A DNA stretch of 64,000 nt from Octopus sinensis (taxonomy: Eukaryota). Shown piece after piece: positions 12,382 through 23,580 of the stretch; position 1 is the first letter of the stretch; each line of letters starts with the position of its first letter. The DNA lies in contig NC_043026.1 in assembly GCF_006345805.1 (NCBI RefSeq), forward strand, positions 11,284,001 through 11,348,000, read 5' to 3'. Under the pieces are notes generated by a model. That model did not search any database and had not been told where the DNA came from. It worked only from the letters and a program-made list of their open reading frames with translations. Position numbers and translations under genes: made by a program.

Positions 12382-13460
12382 ACATTAGGATTCGGGGCGA
12401 TCCTTCGGTATAGGTACGGAAAAGTACCGGAAGTGGATTTGTTTACATTCCTGAAGACAACAGAAACCCTTTTCTCCTAACCCCTCGGCAATCTTTCGAT
12501 AGAAATGTATGACGTAATGAGTGAGTGTGTGACATTAGGATTCGGGGCGATCCTTCGGTATACGTACCTTAAGCACCGGAAGTGGATTCGTTTACCTCCT
12601 AACCCCTCGGCAATCTTTCGATAGAAATGTATGACGTAATGAGTGAGTGTGTGACATTAGGATTCGGGGCGATCCTTCGGTATACGTACCTTAAGCACCG
12701 GAAGTGGATTCGTTTACCTCCTAACCCCTCGGCAATCTTTCGATAGAAATGTATGACGTAATGAGTGAGTGTGTGACATTAGGATTCGGAGCGATCCTTC
12801 GGTATAGGTACCGTAAGTACCGGAAGTGGATTTGTTTACATTCCTGAAGACAACAGAAACCCTTTTCTCCTAACCCCTCGGCAATCTTTCGATAGAAATG
12901 TATGACGTAATGAGTGAGTGTGTGACATTAGGATTCGGGGCGATCCTTCGGTATACGTACCTTAAGCACCGGAAGTGGATTCGTTTACCTCCTAACCCCT
13001 CGGCAATCTTTCGATAGAAATGTATGACGTAATGAGTGAGTGTGTGACATTAGGATTCGGGGCGATCCTTCGGTATACGTACCTTAAGCACCGGAAGTGG
13101 ATTCGTTTACCTCCTAACCCCTCGGCAATCTTTCGATAGAAATGTATGACGTAATGAGTGAGTGTGTGACATTAGGATTCGGAGCGATCCTTCGGTATAG
13201 GTACCGTAAGTACCGGAACTGAATTTGTTTACATTTCTGAAGATAACAGAAACCCTTTTCTCCTAACCCCTCGGCAATCTTTCGATAGAAACGTATGACG
13301 TAATGAGTGAGTGTGTGACATTAGGATTCGGGGCGATCCTTCGGTATAGGTACCGTAAGTGGATTTGTTTACATTTCTGAAGATAACAGAAACCGTTTTC
13401 CCCTAACTCCTCGGCAATCTTTCGATAGAAATGTATGACGTAATGAGTGAGTGTGTGACA
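12382..13460. repeat. Minisatellite with higher-order structure (8 units)
   Basis: Unit starts (ACATTAGGATTCGG) at 12382, 12532, 12654, 12776, 12925, 13047, 13169, 13318; lengths 150, 122, 122, 149, 122, 122, 149, 140. Confidence 0.9.
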
Positions 13461-13574
13461 TTGTGTTTCGTCTGCTCAACAGAGCTGATGGAATTATGGA
13501 GAATATGCGGGTGGATAGTGCTAACGTTGAAGAGAGGCACCACGTTCTCGCTACAAAGACAGAAGAAAAAAAAG

Positions 13575-13985
13575 GGCGATCTTTCGTCTTTAGTAGACCT
13601 TTCCGTCGATTTCCGTAAAAAAATCTTTTTTTTTTTTACATATGGGCTTGCGGGAACTTTTGAAGTAATATACATACATATACACATACACCGAGTAAAA
13701 AATCAGTTATCTCTTTCTTTCACACATTACTCTGTCTCTTCACACACACTAACAGAAGCACTTCACTTACACAACATACTGTCTGTCTCCTACACCCCAT
13801 CAAACACACATGTACATCAATGCTTCACATGCACGGTAACTTCAAAAGAACTTCCCTCGTCATACAATCGCTTTCTCTTAGTCTCTTTCGCTCTCATTAC
13901 TTCAAAAGTTCCCGCAAGCTCATATGTAAGAAAAAAAATTTTTACGGAAATCGACGGAAAGGTCTACTAGAGACGAAATATTGCC
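13575..13985. mobile_element. MITE with ~95-bp TIRs and 8-bp TSD (Merlin-like)
   Basis: TIR GGCGATCTTTCGTC... / ...GACGAAATATTGCC; exact TSD AAAAAAAG at 13567-13574 and 13986-13993. GG-starting TIRs with an 8-bp TSD fit Merlin/IS1016; the family call is inference. Confidence 0.8.
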
Positions 13986-14406
13986 AAAAAAAGATCCAAA
14001 TTATTTATTTTGTGTAAAAAAATTTGTTATTTTGTGTTTTGTTTACTTTGCTAAGTAGTCGTTGTAGGATCGACTAGTCACGACTTACACATTCTTTGTT
14101 TTGTCCATAAATGTTTTTTCTTAATGTAAACCCTTTGTGGAAAATAAAGATATCAACATTATTATTATTATTATTATTATTATATGTTTGACTTTTGCTT
14201 TACATTTGTACAAGTTGGCTCCAAGTTCTCACCCAGAGACCTCAAGAGACAACAGGTTGGAAGTTCACGTTGTTGTTGTGCCTAGTGGGCCATATATTTG
14301 GGTTTTTTTTTTTGTGTTGTACTAGTGAATGTCTAAAAAAAACACAAACAAACGAAAATTATGTTTGTTTTAAACCTTGAGATTACATAGAAAGTATTTT
14401 GCGTAG

Positions 14407-14450
14407 GTTATTATTATTATTATTATTATCATCAACACCACTACCACCAC

Positions 14451-14489
<39 letters not shown>

Positions 14490-14493
14490 TATC

Positions 14494-14525
<32 letters not shown>

Positions 14526-14541
14526 TATCATCAACACCACT

Positions 14542-14622
<81 letters not shown>
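14407..14622. repeat. Compound (TAT)n/(CAT)n/(CAC)n microsatellite
   Basis: Directly visible; the compound block is itself duplicated. Confidence 0.95.
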
Positions 14623-16385
14623 TACTATGAGTTGGATAGAAAACCAAAGAAATAAATCGATATGATGGAAGGTGTCGCTGAATGTATTAAATCATCATAA
14701 GGAATTTTTATTTGTATCACCGGCTTCATTCAGATAGAGGGGAAATTGTCATTGACACCGTCAACCTGCTTTGTCAATTATTAAGTTCAATTAATTTATT
14801 TATATCAAATATAATAATTATCTCATATTAAGGTGAACGTGAGTGGCTTTTTTTTTTTAGGTAATATGCAGTAACCTACGTATTCCAGTGTCAGAGTTCC
14901 ATCGTCTTCATGATTAATATTTCATTACTAACAATGTTAAATCGTTAATTGGTTGTTCCTTAATTTGCAGGACACCTGAACGAATTACTTTCGTGATAAT
15001 TCTTGAGTTTTCAGCTGACCATCGAATATATAGCCGGTGTTCTTTGGATTACCGTCACATCACGCATTGTCATTTTCTTCTTTCCTTAGTCAACTAAATG
15101 GATTTAAAAGGACCACACGCACACATATATATTTCTTTACTGCCCACAAGGGGCTAAACATAAAGGGGACAAACAAAGACAGACAAAGGGATTAAGTCGA
15201 TTATATCGACCCCAGTGCGTAACTGGTACTTAATTTATCGACCCCGAAAGGATGAAAGGCAAAGTCGACCTCGGCGGAATTTGAACTCAGAACGTAACGA
15301 CAGACGAAATACCTATTTCTTTACTACCCACAAGGGGCTAAACACAGAGGGGACAAACAAGGACAGACAAACGGATTAAGTCGATTACATCGACCCCTGT
15401 GCGTAACTGGTACTTAATTTATCGACCCCGAAAGGATGAAAGGCAAAGTCGACCTCGGCGGAATTTGAACTCAGAACGTAACGGCAGACGAAATACGGCT
15501 ACACATTTCGCCCGGCGCCTGACCATCGAATATATAGCCGGTGTTCTTTGGATTACCGTCACATCACACATTGTCATTTTCTTCTATCCTTAGTCAACTA
15601 AATGGATTTAAAAAGACCACACGCACACACATAGCTAAACAAATACTCACACACACAACATTTATTGAACCCTAGTACTTAAATACACTTATCTTAGTTC
15701 ATTCTTATGCTAACTGATCATTCTGTTACAATTTGAAGTTGAAGAATACCAATTTTATCTGTACGTGGTCTGCGAGCAACTTGTGGACTATATATTTTCA
15801 ACCTGTTAACGACATCAACATTTCTCAAAGTAGGAACAGAAGCTTCTTTTTATCAACAAAAATATAGGTATTACGGAGATGTACTTGCATAGCAAGTGAT
15901 TTGATCTGAGATCGTGTGCTGGAACGAAAACAATTGCAGCGTGGAAGGTGTTTGTAAGCCATTTAAGAAACACACAAAAGCCATTCGATTCACTTCAAAA
16001 TTTAAGTTTAATTTGTCAAAATATTTTCGTCGCTTTAAGATCGGGACCTGTTCACTGACAAAAATCCATGCTGAATAAGGTTTATATATATATATACAAT
16101 TGCAGCGTGGAAGGTGTTTGTAAGCCATTTAAGAAACACACAAAAGCCGTTCGATTCACTTCAACATTTAAGTTTAATTTGTCAAAATATTTTCGTCGCT
16201 TTAAAACCGCGACCTGTTCACTGACAAAAGACAACTCAATAACAAAAACTCTTGTGATGAGCAGAAAATTTATCTGCATAAACATTTTCCGTGCGTGTAA
16301 AGGAGGTCCAGGGCAATAAAACTGAACTAAAGCAAATTATATTCACAAGCATTTCTGAGCTGTTAGTAATTTGTGGAGGGTTAAA

Positions 16386-17531
16386 ATGGAAGATGTTCCT
16401 CTCTTAGACACTTCCAAAACAGCTGTTTTTACCAATATGGACCAAGTCGGACAGACACGTAGTGATGAGAAACCTTCACATAGTGACATAGTTATTAAAG
16501 AACGACCATTACAGGTTCATATTCCTAAACATTCTTGTGGGACTTGTGGGGAGACTTTCTCTTCAGAAAATGAAGTTTTAACGCACAAAGAATCACTCCA
16601 CAAGGTAAGACTCTTCCATTGTGAAATCTGCGGGAAATATTTTGCCTTTAAAAGTTATTTAATAAAACATAGAAGAGTGCACACTGGAGAAAGACCGTAT
16701 CATTGCGAGATATGCGGGAAGTGTTTCACTCAGAATTCTTATCTTGTTACCCACATACGTAGTCATACTGGGGAGAAACCGTTTTACTGTGAAATATGTA
16801 AGAAATCATTTGTTTCGAAGTTTGTCTTAAAAAAGCACAAAATCATACACGCTGAAGAAAAACCCTTCCACTGTGAAATCTGTGGAAAATATTTCGTTTC
16901 CAAGTGTAAATTAACAAGACACAAAGGCGTACACATTGGTGAGAAGCCATATCCTTGTGAAGTATGCGGAAAATCGTTCGTGTATAATAGCGATTTGAAT
17001 AGACACAAACGAATCCACTCTGGAGAGAAACCTTTCCATTGTGAAATCTGTGGAAAAGCCTTTGCGGATAATTCTAATCTTACAGTTCACAAAAAAATAC
17101 ACACGGGAGAAAAATTGTTTTCCTGTGAAATATGCGGAAAGTCTTTTATTCAGAGTTCGAAGCTTACAATCCATACGCGAAGTCACACCGGAGAAAGACT
17201 GTTTCGTTGTAAATTATGCGGAAAATTTTATGCTTCTAACTGTGTCTTAACAAAGCACAAACGAATCCACTCTGGAGAGAAACCATTTCATTGTGTAATC
17301 TGCGGAAAGTCATTTGTGTCCAACAGTGATTTAACCCGACACAAGAGGGTCCATACTGGAGAGAAACCATATCAGTGTCAAATATGTGGGAAGTCATACA
17401 CTCAGAATTCGAGTCTTGTGGCCCACAAACGAGATCACACTGGAGAGAAACCGTATTATTGTAAAATATGTGGGGAAGGTTTTGTATATAATAATCTTTT
17501 AAAGAGACACGAGCGGAAGCATAGCATTTAA
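16386..17531 (+). CDS. C2H2 zinc-finger protein, CE-type, 12 fingers, 381 aa (ZNF-2)
   Basis: ORF with 12 fingers (first atypical, HxxxxH). ATG at 16386 (MEDVPLLDTSKTAVFTN) aligns with the N-terminus of the 59346 paralog. Confidence 0.92.
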   Translation: MEDVPLLDTSKTAVFTNMDQVGQTRSDEKPSHSDIVIKERPLQVHIPKHSCGTCGETFSSENEVLTHKESLHKVRLFHCEICGKYFAFKSYLIKHRRVHTGERPYHCEICGKCFTQNSYLVTHIRSHTGEKPFYCEICKKSFVSKFVLKKHKIIHAEEKPFHCEICGKYFVSKCKLTRHKGVHIGEKPYPCEVCGKSFVYNSDLNRHKRIHSGEKPFHCEICGKAFADNSNLTVHKKIHTGEKLFSCEICGKSFIQSSKLTIHTRSHTGERLFRCKLCGKFYASNCVLTKHKRIHSGEKPFHCVICGKSFVSNSDLTRHKRVHTGEKPYQCQICGKSYTQNSSLVAHKRDHTGEKPYYCKICGEGFVYNNLLKRHERKHSI

Positions 17532-17879
17532 TTGTGACTGGTGACGAAAAACGGATCATCTATCGAAATGTTAAACATCACCATCAAAATACAGGACCAG
17601 ATACTGCAACAGCTTGGGTTTCAGAGGACCACAGCTCTTTAACATCCTCCCGAAATGCCTGAGAGACTTGCATGGTGTGGATGTGGGTTTCTTTAAAACT
17701 ACACTGGATCTCTCCTTGTCGGGGGTCCCAGGTGGATTCACATATTAGTGTAGCTCATTCAGCGGTGGTGCCCCAGCATGGCCGCGGCCTTCGGGCTAAA
17801 ACATTTTTAAGGATTTAAGGATCGTAAACAGTAGCTTGGTAAAAGGGAAAAAGCTCAATCACAACCGAGAAGGGAACTT

Positions 17880-18257
17880 TATGGGGGAAAAGGTTCTCTC
17901 TATCTGGTGGGATTGCAAAGGAGTAATTCACATTGAATTGTTAACACCTAATGCAGTGCTTTTCAAACTTTTTGCTGGAGCGGAACCCCAAGGAAACATT
18001 CCACTGGCTCGAGGAACCCCTGTGCTATAATTTAATAGTTTTATGCACACATATCTGCACAGGAGAATTAAAAATTACTGCCGATTTTAGCAGTTTTGTT
18101 AACTTCTTGCGGAACCCTGGTTGAAAACCACTGACCTAATGCAACAATTAATGCTCAAATCTACTGTCAGCAATTAGAGCATTTGAACCAAGCTTTGAAG
18201 AAAAAATACCCGCTTTAGTGAATCAAAAAGGAGTGATGTTTCATCAGGACAATGCGT
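17880..18257 (+). pseudogene. Mariner transposase fragment interrupted by a hAT-like MITE
   Basis: KVLSIWWDCKGVIHIELLTPN [insertion] ATINAQIYCQQLEHLNQALKKK...FHQDNA; the WWD and HQDNA motifs are typical of the mariner DD34D domain. Confidence 0.75.
17954..18133. mobile_element. hAT-like MITE
   Basis: TIR CAGTGCTTTCAAAC / GTTGAAAACCACTG and exact 8-bp TSD ACCTAATG (17946-17953, 18134-18141). Confidence 0.8.
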
Positions 18258-19136
18258 AATCCCCGTACCTATTTCTTTACTACCCACAAGGGGCTAAACA
18301 CAGAGATGACAAACAAGGACAGACAAACGAGTTAAGTCGATAATTCGACCCCAGTGCGTAACTGGTACTTATTTAATCGACCCCGAAAGGATGAAAGGCA
18401 AAGTCGACCTCGGCGGAATTTGAACTCAGAACGTAGCGGCAGACGAAATACCTATTTCTTTACTACCCACAAGGGGCTAAATACAGAGGGGACAAACAAG
18501 GACAGACAAACGGATTAAGTCGATTATATCGACCCCAGTACGTAACTGGTACTTAATTTATCGACCCCGAAAGGATGAAAGGCCAAGTCGACCTCGGCGG
18601 AATTTGAACTCAGAACGTAGCGGCAGACGAAATACCGCTCAGCATTTCGCCCAGCATGCTACCGATTCTGCCAGCTCGCGCAATCCTAGTACCAGTTACG
18701 CACTGGGGTCGACGTAATCGACTTAATCCGTTTGTCTGTCCTTGTTTCTCCCCTCTGCCTTTAACCCTTTGTGGGTAGTAAAGAAATATACACGTGTATA
18801 TGTTTGCATGCATATTTGAGCACGCATGCGCATAAGGATTGTTTCTTTCCCCGATTTCCGTCTCGAGAGCATCTTATTATTTTCTTCCGAATTGTTTTCT
18901 TCCAGCTGCTTCACAATCTTACGACAATGTCTCACATAAAACATCATTTCTGTAAGTATTAAAAGCTCGACAGCATTTATATGTATTGATATTGCATACT
19001 TTCGTTGATTCCACTAACTTTTAATGTTTTGATATTGCTTGTCGGGGCATCAACGTTATTTCTGGCCTCCACCCACTTTCTCTAAAAACTGATGATTAAA
19101 CAGATTTTTAGTCGTGTAAAAGCTGGATATTTTAAG

Positions 19137-20147
19137 CGATCTTTTCGGTTTGACCGGCAGTTTTTTAAACATAATTTCCACGTAAATAAACACTTTTAAA
19201 CTTTGTATACTGGTAGAATGTGTTTATAAAACATCTTTTTCTCTTGGCTTTATTGAGAAAATTCTATAGTTTGTAAGATATTTGTTGTTGTTTTTTCTTC
19301 AATTTCTGCAATTTCAACCAATCAATGGCGTCTATTGAGGTGAAAACATTCCTGAGCCGTTAACAGCGAAGCTCTTGTCATCGTTGGCATCTCACTCTAC
19401 CGGAATCAGAGGATCTTTTCGATTTGACCGGCAGTTTTTTAAAATAATTTTCACGTAACTAAACACTTTTAAACTTCGTATACTGGTAGAATGTGTTACA
19501 TAAAACAGCTTTTTCTCTTGGCTTTATTGAGAAAATTCTATGGTTTGTAAGATATTTGTTGGGGTTTTTTCTCTTCTATTTCTGCAATTTCAACCAATCA
19601 ATGACGTCTATTGAGGTGAAAACATTCCCGAGCTGTTAACAGCGAAGCTCTTGTCATCGTTGACGTCTCACTCTACCGAAATCAGGGGACCTTCTCGGTT
19701 TGAACGGCAGTTTTTTTAAATAATTTCCACGTAACTAAACACTTTTAAACTTCGTATACTGGTAGAATGTGTTTATAAAACATCTTTTTCTCTTGGCTTT
19801 ATTGAGAAAATTCTGTATTTTGTAAGATATTTGTTGGGGTTTTTTTCTTCAATTTCTGCAATTTCAACCAATCAATGACGTCTATTGAGGTAAACAATAT
19901 TCTGTGCCGTATGAATATGTCCGTCGTTTAAGAAACAGATTGGGTTTACTCTTTTACTTGTTTCAGTCATTTGACTGCGGCCATGCTGGAGCACCGCCCC
20001 GGGACTTATTCTTTTGTAAGCCCAGTACTTATTCTATCGGTCTCTTTTGCCGAACCGCTAAGTAACGGGGACATAAACACACCAGCATCGGTTGTCAAGC
20101 AATGCTATGGGGACAAACACAGACACACAAACATACACACGCATATA

Positions 20148-20178
<31 letters not shown>

Positions 20179-20434
20179 GTATATATATATATACATATAT
20201 ACGACGGGCTTCTTTCAGTTTCCGTCTACCAAATCCACTCACAAGGCTTTGGTCGGCCCGAGGCTATAGTTTATTTACATTTCTGAAGAAAAAAAAGATA
20301 CCCTTCCCCCCACCCCTAACTCTAACCCTCTAAAACAGATTGAAATGCAATAGATCGTTTGTAGGTTCATAATTATGGCTGACAATTTCATATGACACCG
20401 CTAGAAAAAACTGCCGTTCAAACCGAAAAGATCC
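19137..20434. mobile_element. TIR element with triplicated left end (~275-bp units) and an inserted family A SINE
   Basis: GGATCTTTTCGGTTTGA(A/C)CGGCAGTTTTT at about 19137, 19411 and 19686; inverted AAAAACTGCCGTTCAAACCGAAAAGATCC ending at 20434. Confidence 0.7.
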
Positions 20435-22077
20435 AAAATAAGTCTTATAACAAATACCTTTCAGATGGCTTGCATTTCGAGTTTATCGGAATTTGATGTA
20501 TGAAAAGAAAATAATAATTGCGGCAATAATTCATACGTTTTATCAAAATGTATGAGGAAACAAAGTCGAAGTTTTTGAATTATTCGACTCTGCCCTACAG
20601 TTTATTGGCAGTTTATTTTTACAGAAAATTCCTTCATAATCGTAATCTGCTCCATCTGAAACAGATTTGTAGAAAATTTTATGAAAAAATATCAGCAACG
20701 GACATCCGCTCGTGTCCGTTGCCAGCCTCGCCTGGCCCCGTGCCGGTAGCACGTAAAAGCACCATCCGTTCATGTCCGTTGCCAGCCTCACCTGGCCCCC
20801 GTGCTGGTGGTATGTAAAAACACCATCCGTTCGTGGCCGTTTGCCAGCTCTGTCTGGCACCTGTGCAGGTGGCACGTAAAAAGCACCCACTACACTCACG
20901 GAGTGGTTGGCGTTAGGAAGGGCATCCAGCCGTAGAAACACTGCCAAATCTGACTGGGCCTGATGAAGCCTTCCGGCTTCACAGACCCCAGTTAAACCGT
21001 CCAACCCATGCTAGCATGGAAAACGGACGCTAAATGATGATGATGAGGTTTTTTAGACAGTTTTGAGGAAATTCCTCTCAACCCTTGCGGAAAAATTTTT
21101 CACAACGAATTCCGATTGAACTCTAAAAGTTATAGAAAGACAGAAAAAAAAAAAACGAATTCATTGGGGCACACATCTGTAGTAATGCCCAGTTTCCGTA
21201 TACATTTGCTGCTTTCTTCCAAGGAATCTAATACTCTTAGCTTAGTTTTTCCTTGGGGCTGGCCAGATTGGAGCAATCTCGAGTATAACCAGCCAAAATT
21301 GCAAAGATAATCTGGGACTCGTCTGAGGATAGAAAACTCCAAATGACCCGACCTGGTTTTCTTTGTATCGTCTTTCTGGATGTTTTGTGTTCTTGTCCCA
21401 TTTTTGTATTTTTTATATATAAAATATAGCGGTGTACATACACTTTGGTCTTATACATATATATGTGTGTGTGTGTGTGTGTAGGCAATGGGCTTCTTTC
21501 AGTTTCTGTCTACCAAATCCACTCTCAAGGCTTTGGTCGATTAAGGCTATAGTAGAAGACACTTGCCTAGGGTGCCACACAGTGGGACTGAACCCAGAAC
21601 CATTTGGTTGGGAAGCAAGTATCGTACCACACAACCACACCTGTGCCTACGTGATGATCTTTCAGTTTCCGTCTACGAAATCCACTCTCAAGGCTTTGGT
21701 CGATCAAGGCTATAGTAGAAGACACTTGCCTAGGGTGCCACACAGTGGGACTGAACCCAGAACCATGTGGTTGGGAAGCAAGTCTCGTACCACACAACCG
21801 CACCTGTGCCTACATGATGATCTTTTAGTTTCCGTCTACCAAATCCACTCTCAAGGCTTTGGTTAGCTCAAGGCTACAGTAGAAGACACTTGCGCAAGAT
21901 GCTACACTGTGAGAGGCAAACTTCTTATCACACAGCTAGTCTGTGTATATACGATAGGCTTCCACACAGTTTCCAAATTCATGCACAGAGCATACATATG
22001 TATTCAGTGATGTTTGTGTGTAAATACATCCTGATTTTGATTGTTCAGTTAAAATTTTCTTGTTGAAAATGCCTTTA

Positions 22078-22452
22078 TAATAATAATAATAATGAAATTA
22101 TTGTATACAGTGCTCAGGTGCACCACAACTTCTCAGAAAGTGCGTATAGAGTCTATGCAGTAATGTAGAAATGTCTGGGAAGTGAACAGTGTATGAGTCA
22201 GATACATGCTTGTGTGTGTATGGAGGGGAGAAAATCAGGTGTAGTATTGGCGAATCTCAGGAAGCATGGAAGTTTTGAAGGATGCTGTGCTCCGACAACT
22301 AACAACTGATGCCGGCAGTCTGTTCCATGCTTCAGCAACTCTCAGCGTGAAAAAATGTTTCCTAAAGTCATGGGAGCTGTACTGTTTTCTGACTTTGTAA
22401 ATATGTCCACGAGTGTTAGACAGGTGGAGTTTGAAAAGGTGCTCAGAGTTAA
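22078..22452 (-). mobile_element. CR1/L2-clade LINE 3' end
   Basis: Homologous to 30900-31204(+), which reads HDFRKHFFTLRVAEAWNKLPASVV...SFK with an (ATT)n tail. A short copy lies at 28246-28365(+). Confidence 0.75.
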
Positions 22453-23319
22453 TGAATCCTTATGAAATGTCTTTATGAAAATGTCATTTAATGTCCACTG
22501 TTGTATCTCTATTCTTCAGGTATTCTCTCCATATCTAACACTATTTTTTTTATTCTGTCATTACAGATTATCAGATGATATTGCCCTCAGAGAAGTATTT
22601 ACATCAGATGCAGCATATATAATTATTATTTTTTTAAACAAGTAGAGGAAAATATCCTTCAGATCAGAATGAACTTCACATAAATATCTGGTGAATATCA
22701 ATGAAACATTATTGAAAAGTATTTCTTCTCAACTGGAATGTTTATAAAATAATTTTGTGTTCTCATTAAACTTGGACAGATTTACAAAAAAAAAAGTTCA
22801 CAATATCTTGTGATATTGATGAAGATCACAGCTGATGGGGAACATAGCAATAGATAAAAAAAAAAAAAAGAGAGTAAAATAAAAAAATATTTATATATTT
22901 AGAATTAACTGATTTGACAGTTGTAGATATTCGGATGCACTGAGCATGAATTTTTACTCAGTTTTGCTCTATCGGGTCCTGATTTTGACAATGTATATGA
23001 CCTGTGCTACATTCAAATGAAATCCCCCATTCCAATATTTAAGAGTGTGCCACCTCAAGAATTAGTTGAAGATGTTCCAGAAATATTTTATCCCATTAGC
23101 ATTCAAACCGGCCATATCTGGCCAAAATATTTAGCCTGTTTTATATTGAAACTGACCAGATCTCGCCTCTCACCTCAGCCCTACCATGTCATTCTAAAAC
23201 TAAAAAATCACATCACTGAAATCTCTAAACTACAAGATAATGAATGATTAATTCAAAAGAATATAAATAAACAAACATCACATCTAACAGAATAATCTGA
23301 ACCCTAAAGGGTTAATGCA

Positions 23320-23572
23320 CTCTGAGGAGTCTGACACTGATTTTGATCCCAGCATATTTGAAAATCAAAATGATCCAGAAAAGTTTACCCAGGTCAAATT
23401 CAATAATGTTGTCAGGGATCTAAATTTGCCAACAAAAAAAAAAAGGGGGCTGTGGAAATTTTGACTTCAAGGCTTAGAGAGAAAAACTTGCTTACTTCAA
23501 ACACAAATTACATTTTATAGATAAAGAGAACTTCTTGAATATTTTAGAACAGAGGATAGTTTAGTATATTGT
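23320..23572 (+). pseudogene. Chapaev3(CMC)-like transposase fragment
   Basis: Three frameshifted pieces: FTQVKFNNVVRDLNLP / AVEILTSRLREKNLL / [21 protein letters not shown]. They match the LNDLVRDL.L.K..AE.L.SRL.EKNLL...FYR.RE...VYC motif; the family name is from memory. Confidence 0.55.
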
Positions 23573-23580
23573 GGAGGGAG

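Noticed and set aside
12449-12475. CTGAAGA-CAACA-GAAAC in long satellite units as a hammerhead
   Set aside because: No stem II or stem III pairing is possible.
14370-14665. Poly-M/I/S/L ORFs, and poly-IY ORFs at 38837, 61718 and elsewhere
   Set aside because: Microsatellite translations.
20960-20985. CTGATGA followed by a hairpin in family C SINEs as a hammerhead
   Set aside because: No GAAA follows the stem, and there is no stem III or UH.
22660-22850. Possible transposase N-terminus upstream of ZNF-3
   Set aside because: It aligns instead with the leaders of ZNF-1, ZNF-4 and ZNF-5, so it is the shared ZNF leader.
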